This document shows, in pieces, positions 26,560-36,030 of a DNA stretch of 56,869 nt. Each line of letters opens with the position of its first letter. Position 1 is the first letter of the stretch. The notes under the pieces were generated by a model, which worked only from the letters and a program-made list of their open reading frames with translations, searched no databases and was not told where the DNA came from. The translations under genes were made by a program, and so were the position numbers. The DNA is from a virus (lineage: Duplodnaviria; Caudoviricetes), in IMG/VR virus record IMGVR_UViG_3300030389_001641, positions 1 to 56,869 of that record; one strand, given 5' to 3'.

Positions 26560-26976
26560 ATGAACGAGGTTGAGACTGGTAAATTAGGCGAGCATATTTG
26601 TTGTGTTCGCCTAATAAAGTTAGGCTTTGGAGCAGAGATAGTAAATCTTAACAAGACAGATGTTATTGTAGACATACGAGGAAAGTTTTTAAGATTACAA
26701 GTTAAATCAAGTTCTTTGAGACCAGATAGCAATAGACAGATGAGATTGTCTTATCATTTCGCAGTTTCCTATTCTGGTAAAAAGAAACCATTAAATAAGA
26801 GTCATTGTGATATTTTAGCTTTTGTTTCTATACCAAAAGAAAAAGTTTACTTTATGCACATAGATTTTATTGGTGGTGCTTGTTCCAAAAGAATACATGA
26901 AAAATATTTTGAAGAAGAAGATTTAGAACAAAGGACATTTATCAAATGTCTAAAACATATGGGAGTTATTAAATAA
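26560..26976 (+). CDS. PD-(D/E)XK endonuclease
   Basis: GKLGE, DVIV, LQVKS, CDILAFV motifs. Confidence 0.75.
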   Translation: MNEVETGKLGEHICCVRLIKLGFGAEIVNLNKTDVIVDIRGKFLRLQVKSSSLRPDSNRQMRLSYHFAVSYSGKKKPLNKSHCDILAFVSIPKEKVYFMHIDFIGGACSKRIHEKYFEEEDLEQRTFIKCLKHMGVIK

Positions 26977-27170
26977 TGTGGAAAGCTATGGCTTTGGTTT
27001 GTATGATTGAAAATGGAGAAACAAAATGTCCAACAGAATTATTCGATACAGAATTTGAAAGTAAGAATGAATGTGAGGTTTGGCTCACTCGAAAGAGGTT
27101 TTATGGTATGCCAAGAAATAAAAAGATTGTTTTAGATGATTGTTATTTTTCCTCTAATTCATCAAAGTAA
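26976..27170 (+). CDS. small 4-Cys protein with hydrophobic N-terminus
   Basis: 64 aa; MWKAMALVC...C...F.....C...C; GGAG RBS. Confidence 0.65.
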   Translation: MWKAMALVCMIENGETKCPTELFDTEFESKNECEVWLTRKRFYGMPRNKKIVLDDCYFSSNSSK

Positions 27171-27394
27171 GCATCAACAACAATAGAACTTATGATGGTT
27201 GCCATATCAACTTTGCTTTTTGCAGCTTGGACACATAACCACTCTACAACTTCGGATGTTAGTTGAGCGTTAACTCTGCCTTGAGGAACGCCCCTAGAAC
27301 GCCAATTTGCTATGAGCTTTTCTCTTTCTTCACATTTATCACAACGTCCAGAAGTTTTATTGATAGGTCCTTGACAATCTATACATATACTCAT
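27143..27394 (-). CDS. zinc-finger protein with possible ribbon-helix-helix C-terminus
   Basis: CIDC...CDKC, then RVNAQLTSEVVEWL..QA. Confidence 0.6.
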   Translation of the reverse strand: MSICIDCQGPINKTSGRCDKCEEREKLIANWRSRGVPQGRVNAQLTSEVVEWLCVQAAKSKVDMATIISSIVVDAYFDELEEK

Positions 27395-27612
27395 GATTTT
27401 TTCCTTTTTGGAAATGGAATGATATTGTCTAAATTATTTTGTTTTGCCATGGATGTAATGAACTTTTGTGTTATTTCATCACTCAATCCGGTAAAATATT
27501 TAAATCTTTTTTTTGTTTCTTTATAAGTAAGATTATTCTTTTTAAATTCAATTAAAACTTGAATCGCAGCTACAACCAAAGGATCTACTGTTTCTGTTTC
27601 ATCACTAGCCAT
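27391..27612 (-). CDS. hypothetical protein
   Basis: 73 aa; C-terminal NIIPFPK motif. Confidence 0.6.
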   Translation of the reverse strand: MASDETETVDPLVVAAIQVLIEFKKNNLTYKETKKRFKYFTGLSDEITQKFITSMAKQNNLDNIIPFPKRKKS

Positions 27613-29060
27613 TCTCTTTCATCCTCGCCTAAAACTTTTGCCCCAATTTTTATTTTATTTTTTAAAGATTTTATTATTTTTTCATCAATCGTTTTTTCAC
27701 AAATTAAATCAATATATAACACTGAACTTGTTTGCCCTATTCTATGACACCGATCTTCACTTTGGGACCGAATATCTAAATCAAAATCATTTGCATAATA
27801 TACAACAGTTTTTGCTTCATTAAGTGTTAATCCCCTTCCCGCTGTACTAGGATTACCAATCAAAAATTTAAGTTTGGAATTTTTATTTTCAAAATCCCGA
27901 ACTACTCTCTGTCTTTCTTTTTCTGAGGTATCCCCGAAAAAAGATGCGGTAGAGTCCGACCCGAAAATTTCTTTTAATTTATTTGTAATTGATATTATAT
28001 CATATCTGAACCTAGACCAAACAATTATTTTTCCCGAAGTTTCATTACAAATATCTATGAGTGCATCTAACCTAGAGGTAGGGAAGTTAACCACATCACC
28101 ATTATCTGTTTTTAAATGACCCGAAAGTATTTGTTGCAGCCGAAGCATTTGAGTAATCATCTCCTGGGTAGAAACAATCTCTCCATTGTCAAACATGAGA
28201 AGTGCCTCTTTTTGTATTTTGTTGTACATTCTTTGTTGCTCTGGTGTCATAGTGACGTACCGAACAGTATAGATTTTCTTTGGTAGATCTAAACAATCTT
28301 CTTTCAAGACCCGAAAGGTAAAAGGACTAATTTTTTTGGTCAGTTCTTCTATATTTTTAAACCCGATTACTTGTCTAAAGGACCGAGGTCCCATTTGCTT
28401 TTGATTAAGGATGGCATATCTGCCTTGAAAAGCATAAAAAGAATTAAAACCTAACATACCCTCTTCGAGAAACTCACATTGAGAGTATAAATCCATAGGT
28501 GATTGTGTGATGGGAGAGCCAGTCATTATTCTTTTGTACCGAAAATGTTTGGATAATTTAACCAAAGATTTTGTTCTCTTTGACTTTGGATTTTTAATTG
28601 TTGTGGACTCATCCACTGCAATCATCCCCGACATTCCATATTTTTTAGCAAACCATTCTGCTGCTTCCATACCTTTACCACTTGGATTTGAAAAAGCCTC
28701 AACATTCATGACAAACAGTTTCATTTTTCCATAACCGGCATTTATCATCTTATGAATGTCTTCTTTCATGGCTTTTGTAAGATTAGAACTCCATTGTGAT
28801 AAATAAACTGGAACGTTTTCCCAAAAATGTTGTGGTATTTCTTTCTCTGTCCAGTTTCGATACACACCCTTTGGTGCAATGATCAAGGCAAAATGAATTT
28901 CATTCTCTATATATAGCCTTGCTATGTCATCAATTAGAACTTTTGACTTACCAGTTCCCATTTCCATAAAAAACCCGAATTCTTTTTTACCCGAACTTCT
29001 TCTCAAAGCGTCCATTTGATGGATAAATGGTTTAGTTTTAAAATTGTAGTTGACTTTCAT
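27585..29060 (-). CDS. SNF2-family (SF2) helicase
   Basis: MEMGTGKS, VDESTTIKN, TGSP, GRGLTL, QSEDRCHRIGQ. Confidence 0.9.
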   Translation of the reverse strand: MKVNYNFKTKPFIHQMDALRRSSGKKEFGFFMEMGTGKSKVLIDDIARLYIENEIHFALIIAPKGVYRNWTEKEIPQHFWENVPVYLSQWSSNLTKAMKEDIHKMINAGYGKMKLFVMNVEAFSNPSGKGMEAAEWFAKKYGMSGMIAVDESTTIKNPKSKRTKSLVKLSKHFRYKRIMTGSPITQSPMDLYSQCEFLEEGMLGFNSFYAFQGRYAILNQKQMGPRSFRQVIGFKNIEELTKKISPFTFRVLKEDCLDLPKKIYTVRYVTMTPEQQRMYNKIQKEALLMFDNGEIVSTQEMITQMLRLQQILSGHLKTDNGDVVNFPTSRLDALIDICNETSGKIIVWSRFRYDIISITNKLKEIFGSDSTASFFGDTSEKERQRVVRDFENKNSKLKFLIGNPSTAGRGLTLNEAKTVVYYANDFDLDIRSQSEDRCHRIGQTSSVLYIDLICEKTIDEKIIKSLKNKIKIGAKVLGEDEREWLVMKQKQ

Positions 29061-29080
29061 AAATGTCCTCCTATATTAGA

Positions 29081-29109
29081 GATATAGTAATAATTGTGTT
29101 ACTTGTCAA
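29081..29109 (-). promoter_or_regulatory. sigma70-like promoter for the helicase operon
   Basis: TTGACA-17 nt-TATATC upstream of a GGAGG RBS. Confidence 0.55.
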
Positions 29110-29138
29110 CTTTTAAACCTGAAGAGGATGTACTTGTC

Positions 29139-29708
29139 ATGAAGACAGATATTTTTGAAGACAATATGTTTGTAGATGCGGATACATTAAGTGATGTAGG
29201 TGCTGAAGAAACAAAAAACTTATCTTTCCTAGTTCAACAGTTAAATGAAGTTATTTCCAAAATTGAAAGATGTGAGGAAACTCTTAAAACTTTGAAAAAG
29301 GAAAAACAACGATTATCAATGGAGACCATTCCAGAATTAATGGATGAGATGGGAATAGAACGTTTGGATGTAGAAGGAGCCACGGTTTCTTTAAAACCAT
29401 TCGTTAGTGCGAGTATTCCCACTAATCGTAGACAAGAGGCTTACACTTGGCTTCGTGAAAACGGTTTAGATGATATCATTAAGAACGATGTTGTCTTATC
29501 TTTTAATCGGGGTGAAGATAATGTTGCAGGATCTCTAATGGGAGAACTTGAAGAACGTGGTTTTCATCCAGAATCTAAAACTCACATTCATTCGATGACC
29601 TTGAAAGCTTTTGTAAAAGAAAGAGTTGAGAAAGGTTTACCGATTGATCTTGATATGTTCGGTGCGTTTGTTGCTCGAACAGCTGATATAAAAAGGAGAA
29701 AATCATGA
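29139..29708 (+). CDS. conserved replication-module protein (N-terminal coiled coil)
   Basis: Likely start MKTDIF after GAGG; IPELM.E.G, WLRENG.DDIIKN, IHSMTLKAFV motifs. Confidence 0.7.
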   Translation: MKTDIFEDNMFVDADTLSDVGAEETKNLSFLVQQLNEVISKIERCEETLKTLKKEKQRLSMETIPELMDEMGIERLDVEGATVSLKPFVSASIPTNRRQEAYTWLRENGLDDIIKNDVVLSFNRGEDNVAGSLMGELEERGFHPESKTHIHSMTLKAFVKERVEKGLPIDLDMFGAFVARTADIKRRKS

Positions 29709-30466
29709 ATCAAGAAAACTTACCAGCTAATATAATGGATGATATCTTTGCCACTGCGGGAGAAGGTGTTGATTACGATACATCGGAACTACAAATTCCT
29801 TTTGTTAGAGTTATCCAGGCCCTATCCCCACAAATAAAGAAAAACGATCCCTCTTTTATTAAAGGAGCGAGTGCGGGTGATTGTTTCAATACAGTTACTG
29901 GTGAATATTGGGAAGGTGATAAAGGTATAGAAGTTGTACCTTGTTTTCAGCAAACCAAGTATTTTGAATTTGTTCCAAGAAGTGAAGGTGGTGGTTTTGT
30001 TGGAGAGGTTGAAATAAACAATCCCGATATATCCAAAACATCAAGAGTTGGTGCAGCTGAAATATTACCTAATGGAAATGAGTTGGTTAAATCAGATCAA
30101 CATTTTTGTTTAGTGTTAGGTAAAGATGGAATGTTTCAACCAGCAATTGTTGATATGAAATCAACGCAGTTAAAAGTTTCCAGAATTTGGAAAAGCAAAA
30201 TTGCTATGTTAAAGATAAAAAATCCAAAGGGTCAGTTATTACGTCCTGCTTTGTTTGCAACAGTGTGGTCATTAAAGACGATAGAGCAAAGCAACGATAA
30301 GGGTAGTTGGTACAATTGGAGTGTTGAAATGGTAAAACAAGTTGATGATAAAAACTTGTTTTCGGAAGCAAGACACTTTCGTGACTCTGTAAAGTCTGGT
30401 ATGGCAAAAGCGGTTGAAGAAGATCATTCTGCAAATCAAACCGAAGAAGGTGAAGTACCATTTTAG
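29705..30466 (+). CDS. probable single-stranded DNA-binding protein
   Basis: 253 aa; AGGAG RBS; NDKGSWYNW aromatic hairpin; acidic tail ending EEGEVPF. Confidence 0.6.
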   Translation: MNQENLPANIMDDIFATAGEGVDYDTSELQIPFVRVIQALSPQIKKNDPSFIKGASAGDCFNTVTGEYWEGDKGIEVVPCFQQTKYFEFVPRSEGGGFVGEVEINNPDISKTSRVGAAEILPNGNELVKSDQHFCLVLGKDGMFQPAIVDMKSTQLKVSRIWKSKIAMLKIKNPKGQLLRPALFATVWSLKTIEQSNDKGSWYNWSVEMVKQVDDKNLFSEARHFRDSVKSGMAKAVEEDHSANQTEEGEVPF

Positions 30467-30469
30467 GGT

Positions 30470-30619
30470 TTAGGCACTATGGTTTTGTCTTTTTCCCATA
30501 GTGTCTAATGCGTGTGGCATAATTTTTTTTGCGGAGATATGCCACAAAAAGAGCAACGATTTTGTTGACTAGTTGTTGCTCATTGACCTAGGGAAGGTGT
30601 TTGGGTCAACACCTTCCCT
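30470..30619 (+). other. array of four back-to-back stem-loops upstream of the primase
   Basis: Stems at 30470-30508 (13 bp), 30513-30546 (9 bp), 30551-30581 (11 bp), 30590-30619 (12 bp); several G-U pairs. Confidence 0.75.
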
Positions 30620-30634
30620 TTCACGGAGATATTT

Positions 30635-32170
30635 ATGAATTTAACCGAAAGGTTCATGTCAGCTTTTAAAGGATCAGATTTTGCTCATGGACAAACAGAA
30701 ATTGGCAATAAAAGAAGAAACGGTAAAACTGAAGCAAAGAGTTTTATTGTGAAACAGCCTTTAACAAAAGAATTAATTGAAGATCATTTGGAAGGAACCA
30801 AGGGCATAGGATCAATACCAATTAACCGAGACAACAAATGTAACTTTGGTGTGCTTGATATAGATACCTATCCCATAGATCATTTAGAGATTAGAAAAAA
30901 ATGTCAAAAGTTAAACCTACCTTTAATTGTTTGTAGATCAAAGTCAGGTGGAGCGCATTTGTTTTTATTTATGAAAGAAGAAACCAAGGCAGTTGATATA
31001 CGTGATTACCTTGGGGAGATGTCTGCTGCACTTGGGTATTCGGGTTGTGAGATATTTCCAAAACAAGATGAGATTTTGTTTGAACGTGGAGATGTGGGTA
31101 ACTTCATCAACTTACCATATTTCAATGCTAAAAGCACAGTTCGTTATGCTATCGATAAGAATGGTGATGATTTATCTTTAGAAGAATTCTTAGATGAGAT
31201 TGACAGACTAAAAGTTGATTTATCTGATTTGGAGAAAATAGATTTTGGAACGCAAAGAGAACAATTTAATGATGCTCCACCTTGTTTGCAGATGTTTCTG
31301 TTAATGGGTATTCCCGAAGGAACGAGGAACAATGTCATGTTTAATTGTGGTATTTACGTAAAGCGTAAGTTTCCCGACTCTTGGAAGGAAAAACTGGAAG
31401 AAATGAACCAAAAACATTGTCTTCCACCTTTACTAGCGTCTGATATTGTAACTTTACAAGGTCAGCTAGATAAGAAAGAATATTTTTATACGTGTAAAGC
31501 CGAACCATTGGTAAGCCATTGCAACAAATCGCTATGTATGACCCGACAGTTTGGTGTGGGAACTTCTGAAGCATCTCCCGAAATAGGTGGTCTTACTATT
31601 CTTTTATCTGATCCAAGATTATATTTCTTAGATGTAGATGGTAAAAGACTTGAATTGACTACAGAGCAATTACAAATGCCTATACAGTTTCAACGTGCTT
31701 GCATGGAACAAATTAATTTTATGCCACCTTTAACTAAATCGGGAGATTGGCAACCGATTGTAAATAATCTTTTAAGCAATGCTACAGAGATAGAGGTCTC
31801 TGAAGAATTAACTGGCTCTGGTCAGTTTAAAGAACTTTTGGAAACTTTTTGCATGAGTAGAATTAGAGCAAAGTTTGCAGAAGAACTTGCAGTGGGAAAA
31901 CCTTGGACAGAAGATGGTAAGACATATTTTACCATGAAAGGTTTACAAGAGTTTCTAAAACAGCGAGGTTTTACTTTATATAATCGTCCACAGATTCAAC
32001 AACGATTGAAAGAGTTAAACGACAATCAAGAGTGTTGTGGTAAGTATAAGGTAAAAATGGAAAATGGATCCTGGAAAGACATTCGTGTTTGGTGGGTTCC
32101 AGAATTTGAAACTAATGAGGTAGAGATACCTTCGGACAAAGAGGAGTATGAAGACGATGTCCCTTTCTGA
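30635..32170 (+). CDS. archaeo-eukaryotic-type primase with primase C-terminal domain
   Basis: LDID, RSKSGGAH, EIFPKQ, GNFINLPY; PPCL...EGTRN. Confidence 0.8.
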   Translation: MNLTERFMSAFKGSDFAHGQTEIGNKRRNGKTEAKSFIVKQPLTKELIEDHLEGTKGIGSIPINRDNKCNFGVLDIDTYPIDHLEIRKKCQKLNLPLIVCRSKSGGAHLFLFMKEETKAVDIRDYLGEMSAALGYSGCEIFPKQDEILFERGDVGNFINLPYFNAKSTVRYAIDKNGDDLSLEEFLDEIDRLKVDLSDLEKIDFGTQREQFNDAPPCLQMFLLMGIPEGTRNNVMFNCGIYVKRKFPDSWKEKLEEMNQKHCLPPLLASDIVTLQGQLDKKEYFYTCKAEPLVSHCNKSLCMTRQFGVGTSEASPEIGGLTILLSDPRLYFLDVDGKRLELTTEQLQMPIQFQRACMEQINFMPPLTKSGDWQPIVNNLLSNATEIEVSEELTGSGQFKELLETFCMSRIRAKFAEELAVGKPWTEDGKTYFTMKGLQEFLKQRGFTLYNRPQIQQRLKELNDNQECCGKYKVKMENGSWKDIRVWWVPEFETNEVEIPSDKEEYEDDVPF

Positions 32171-32366
32171 TAAATATATTAAGGTAGGAGAGATAAGTAA
32201 AATCTTAGGAGTCTCTCGATCAACCATATACAAGTGGGTAGAAGAAGGTTCCTTTCCGAAACCTGTTCACTTTGGAGATGCTACAAAGAATTCAACAATG
32301 CGGTGGGTTCAAAGTGAGTTAGAAGATTGGTTAGCAAAACGTCCAAGAGAGAAAATGGATGTCTGA
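32148..32366 (+). CDS. AlpA/excisionase-like HTH regulator
   Basis: LGVSRSTIYKWV..G.FPKPV...RW..SELEDWL. Confidence 0.85.
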   Translation: MKTMSLSDKYIKVGEISKILGVSRSTIYKWVEEGSFPKPVHFGDATKNSTMRWVQSELEDWLAKRPREKMDV

Positions 32367-33876
32367 GAAACTTCTTCTTGGGCCACCAGGATGTGGTAAG
32401 ACATATACCCTTATTGAGATCGTCAAAAAAGAGCTTGAGAGAGGTGTTTCACCCGATAAGATAGGATTTGTTTCTTTTTCAAAGAAGGCTATAGAAGAGG
32501 CTAAAACTCGCACTGTGGCTGAATTAAATTTATCCATAGACAATGTGCCTTGGTTTAGGACATTACACTCTATTGGTTTTCAATGGCTTGGTATGAACAG
32601 TGACCAGATCTTATCCCGATATGATTTTAATCAGTTAGGATTAGAGTTAGGGATGCTATTTGATCATGGTACTGCTACTAGTATGGAAGATGGTTTATTA
32701 CCAACGTCTGCAAAAGAAGGTAACAAATATATAGAGATCATTGGTAAAGCTACACTACGTTGTGTAAGTCTCGAACAACAATACAATGAAAACAGAGATT
32801 ACAAGATGAGTTGGCCTTTGCTTGTAAGAGTTAATGAGATTTACCAAAAGTACAAAAAGAAAAACGATAAGTTTGATTTTACAGATATGATAAAGCTTTT
32901 TGTTGAACAAGGAACCTCTCCAAACTTGGAAGTTTTAATTGTTGACGAGGCACAAGATTTAACTCCATTACAATGGGAGCAAATAAAAATTATGCGTGGG
33001 TCTGCAAAAAGAGTTTGGTATGCAGGAGATGATGATCAAGCAGTGCATAGGTGGATGGGTGTAAAGGTAGAGCAATTTATTCATATGTGTGACAACACAG
33101 AGGTATTACAACAAAGTTATAGAGTTCCCATGCTCGTTCATCATGTTGCAGATAAGATCGTAAAAAGGATTGATGATCGTTTGCCAAAGACATGGTTTCC
33201 TACTAAAGAAGAAGGAAAAATAGACTATCATATGCACTGGTATAATGTTAATATGGATCAAGGTTCATGGACGGTTTTGGCTAGAACCAATCGAATAATT
33301 AATAATATAAAAAAAGAACTACAAGAGGACGGATATTTATTTGAGCATAGAGGTAGATCAAGTTTAGATCTTAGTTACTTAGAGGGCATGGACATATGGA
33401 AGTCTCTTATTAAAGGAGAGTCTTTACCCATAACTGCGATTAAAGATTTGTATAGAATAGTTCCGAAGCAAGGAACAAATGCAATTGTTAAAAGAGGTTT
33501 TGCTAAATCATTAGAATACGTTAATCCAGATAGTGTCTTGTCTTATGATGATCTGGTTCAGAATCATGGGATGATTGCCCCGAAAGATACTCCACCAACA
33601 CTAGTGGTTAACATGACACCAGAAGAACAAAAATATTACAGAGCATTAGTTAAAAGAGGAGAGGACGTTAAGAAACCAAGAATTAAATTATCTACAATTC
33701 ATGCTATGAAAGGTGGAGAGGACGATAATATCATGTTAATGACCGAGTCTGCTTATCCTTGTGTAGAGTCTGAACACCAAGATGACGAGCATAGAATTTT
33801 TTATACAGGTGTAACGAGAGCAAAAAAAGAATTACACATTATAGAAACTGGATCAAAGTACAGGTACGACATATGA
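32359..33876 (+). CDS. UvrD/Rep-family (SF1) helicase
   Basis: GPPGCGKT, TLHS, VDEAQD, GDDDQA, QSYR, STIHAMKGGE, YTGVTRAK. Confidence 0.92.
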   Translation: MSEKLLLGPPGCGKTYTLIEIVKKELERGVSPDKIGFVSFSKKAIEEAKTRTVAELNLSIDNVPWFRTLHSIGFQWLGMNSDQILSRYDFNQLGLELGMLFDHGTATSMEDGLLPTSAKEGNKYIEIIGKATLRCVSLEQQYNENRDYKMSWPLLVRVNEIYQKYKKKNDKFDFTDMIKLFVEQGTSPNLEVLIVDEAQDLTPLQWEQIKIMRGSAKRVWYAGDDDQAVHRWMGVKVEQFIHMCDNTEVLQQSYRVPMLVHHVADKIVKRIDDRLPKTWFPTKEEGKIDYHMHWYNVNMDQGSWTVLARTNRIINNIKKELQEDGYLFEHRGRSSLDLSYLEGMDIWKSLIKGESLPITAIKDLYRIVPKQGTNAIVKRGFAKSLEYVNPDSVLSYDDLVQNHGMIAPKDTPPTLVVNMTPEEQKYYRALVKRGEDVKKPRIKLSTIHAMKGGEDDNIMLMTESAYPCVESEHQDDEHRIFYTGVTRAKKELHIIETGSKYRYDI

Positions 33877-34133
33877 AAAGAGAAGAAATATTACAAGAAG
33901 CAGAAACATTAATAAATGGAGATCGAGCAAAAGATTATGGTGATGCTTATGTTAATCATAAAAGGATTGCTGATATGTGGTCAGTGGTTTTTGGAAAAGA
34001 GGTAACAGTTCGTCAAGTTATTCTTTGCATGATTGCTATGAAAATGGCTCGATTAGTTCATGACAGTAAGGAAGACTCTTGGGTAGATGTTTGTGGATAT
34101 GCTGCTCTTGGGGGAGAGCTAGATGCAGAATAA
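33873..34133 (+). CDS. DUF6378-like conserved phage protein
   Basis: GDR..DYGD...N..RIA..WS, K.AR, DS.VD..GYA. Confidence 0.75.
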   Translation: MKREEILQEAETLINGDRAKDYGDAYVNHKRIADMWSVVFGKEVTVRQVILCMIAMKMARLVHDSKEDSWVDVCGYAALGGELDAE

Positions 34134-36030
34134 TTTATTCAAGAGTGCCTTGCACTATGAATTAAAAAATGAAATGGAAATGCCAGAAGTTGATTGGGTT
34201 GCTCCCGATGAGTTCCCCGATCTTAGGTCTTGTGATTACATTGCTATTGACCTAGAGACTTGTGATCCGAATCTTCTAACTAAGGGTCCTGGTTGGGTTA
34301 GAAAAGATGGTTTTATTGTGGGAGTGGCTATAGCTGCGGGAGATTTCACAGGTTATTATCCTATTCAACATGAGGGTGGTGGTAATATATCCGGTAATCT
34401 TGTTAAGAGATGGCTCAAGGATCAATTAGCTACACCTCATATTCCAAAGATTATGCACAATGCTCTATATGATTTAGGTTGGTTGCGCTCTGCAAATATT
34501 CCTATTCAAGGTCAAATAATTGACACTATGATAGCTGCACCTTTGATAGATGAGAACAGATTTAGTTATAGTTTAAATAACTTGGGTAAAGATTATTTAT
34601 CTAAGTATAAAGAAGAAAGAGGATTAAGAGCAGCAGCAAAAGCTTTTGGAGTAGATCCTAAGAAAGATCTATGGAAACTACCTGCCCGATATGTTGGTCA
34701 TTACGCAGAACAAGATGCTAGAATGACACTCGAACTATGGAAGACTCTACAAATACAGATCAACAAACAGAAACTTGATTCTATATTTGATATGGAGACA
34801 AAACTACTTCCTGTTCTTTTAGATATGAAGCAATGCGGTGTTAAGGTTAACGTACAAAAAGCAGAGTTAGTCAAAAAAGATTTTAAATCAAAAGAACAAA
34901 AACTTTTGTTAGATATTAAAAAAGAAACATCAATCGAACTTGAACCTTGGGTATCCACCAGTATAGCCAAAATATTTGAATACTATAAAATACCTTTTGA
35001 AAAAACCGATAAAACAAATAAACCATCCTTTACTAAAGCATACTTACAAGCTTGTCCTCATCCGATAGCAGCCAAGATACTGAAGGTAAGAGAACTTAAT
35101 AAAGCACAAACTACTTTTATAGATAGTATCATAAATCATGCCTATAAGGATAGAATTCATTGTGAGTTTCATCAACTAAGATCCGAGGACGGAGGAACAG
35201 TGACAGGAAGATTCTCGTCTTCTAATCCAAACCTACAACAGATACCAGCCAGAGATCCAGAGATTAAGAAAGTTATTAGAGGATTGTTTGAACCAGAATT
35301 TAGTGAGAAGTGGGGTAGCTTTGACTACTCCTCCCAAGAGCCGAGGTTATTGGTTCATTATTGTGCGTCCTTGAATGAAAACGAAAAGCACCCTCTGATA
35401 GATGAGGTTGTGCAAAAGTATCATGAAGGGGATGATGATTTTCATCAGATGGTTGCTGATCTAGCGGGTATAACAAGAACGCAAGCTAAGACAGTTAATC
35501 TTGGAATTATGTATGGTATGGGGCAAGGAAAACTAGCTTCAACTTTAGATATAACAGTTGATGAAGCCAAAGAATTATTAAATCAATATCATGAGAAAGT
35601 TCCCTTTGTAAAAGGATTGGCAAACAGAATATCTAGTCATGCTCAAAACTTTGGAAGAATTAGAACCATTCTAGGTAGGAAGTGTCGATTCGATCTGTGG
35701 GAACCATGTACGTTTGGGTATAATAGAGCTTTACCTCATGAGGATGCTATAAAAGAATATAGTCCACAGAAACTAAAAAGAGCTTTTACCTACAAAGCCT
35801 TGAACAAACTTATTCAAGGTAGTGCAGCTGATCAAACAAAAAAAGCCATGCTTGATTGTTATGAAAAAGGTCACTTACCTTTGCTTACCGTGCATGATGA
35901 ATTATGTTTTAGTATTCATTCACAAGAGCAAGCAAAAGAAATAACCGAGATCATGGAAACTGGCTTGGAGTTAAAAGTTCCTAGTAAAGTTGACCAGGAG
36001 TTAGGTGATAATTGGGGAGAGGTTGGTTAA
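34123..36030 (+). CDS. polA: family A DNA polymerase with 3'-5' exonuclease domain
   Basis: DLET, HNALYD, TGRFSSSNPNLQQIP, DYSSQE, AKTVNLGIMYG, IQGSAAD, VHDEL. Confidence 0.95.
   Translation: MQNNLFKSALHYELKNEMEMPEVDWVAPDEFPDLRSCDYIAIDLETCDPNLLTKGPGWVRKDGFIVGVAIAAGDFTGYYPIQHEGGGNISGNLVKRWLKDQLATPHIPKIMHNALYDLGWLRSANIPIQGQIIDTMIAAPLIDENRFSYSLNNLGKDYLSKYKEERGLRAAAKAFGVDPKKDLWKLPARYVGHYAEQDARMTLELWKTLQIQINKQKLDSIFDMETKLLPVLLDMKQCGVKVNVQKAELVKKDFKSKEQKLLLDIKKETSIELEPWVSTSIAKIFEYYKIPFEKTDKTNKPSFTKAYLQACPHPIAAKILKVRELNKAQTTFIDSIINHAYKDRIHCEFHQLRSEDGGTVTGRFSSSNPNLQQIPARDPEIKKVIRGLFEPEFSEKWGSFDYSSQEPRLLVHYCASLNENEKHPLIDEVVQKYHEGDDDFHQMVADLAGITRTQAKTVNLGIMYGMGQGKLASTLDITVDEAKELLNQYHEKVPFVKGLANRISSHAQNFGRIRTILGRKCRFDLWEPCTFGYNRALPHEDAIKEYSPQKLKRAFTYKALNKLIQGSAADQTKKAMLDCYEKGHLPLLTVHDELCFSIHSQEQAKEITEIMETGLELKVPSKVDQELGDNWGEVG

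Noticed and set aside
32148-32366. AlpA/Xis-like gene as proof of a prophage
   Set aside because: No integrase, att site or flanking host genes are visible
36027-36030. Convergent stop codons sharing one TTAA
   Set aside because: Real, but adequately explained by genome compaction
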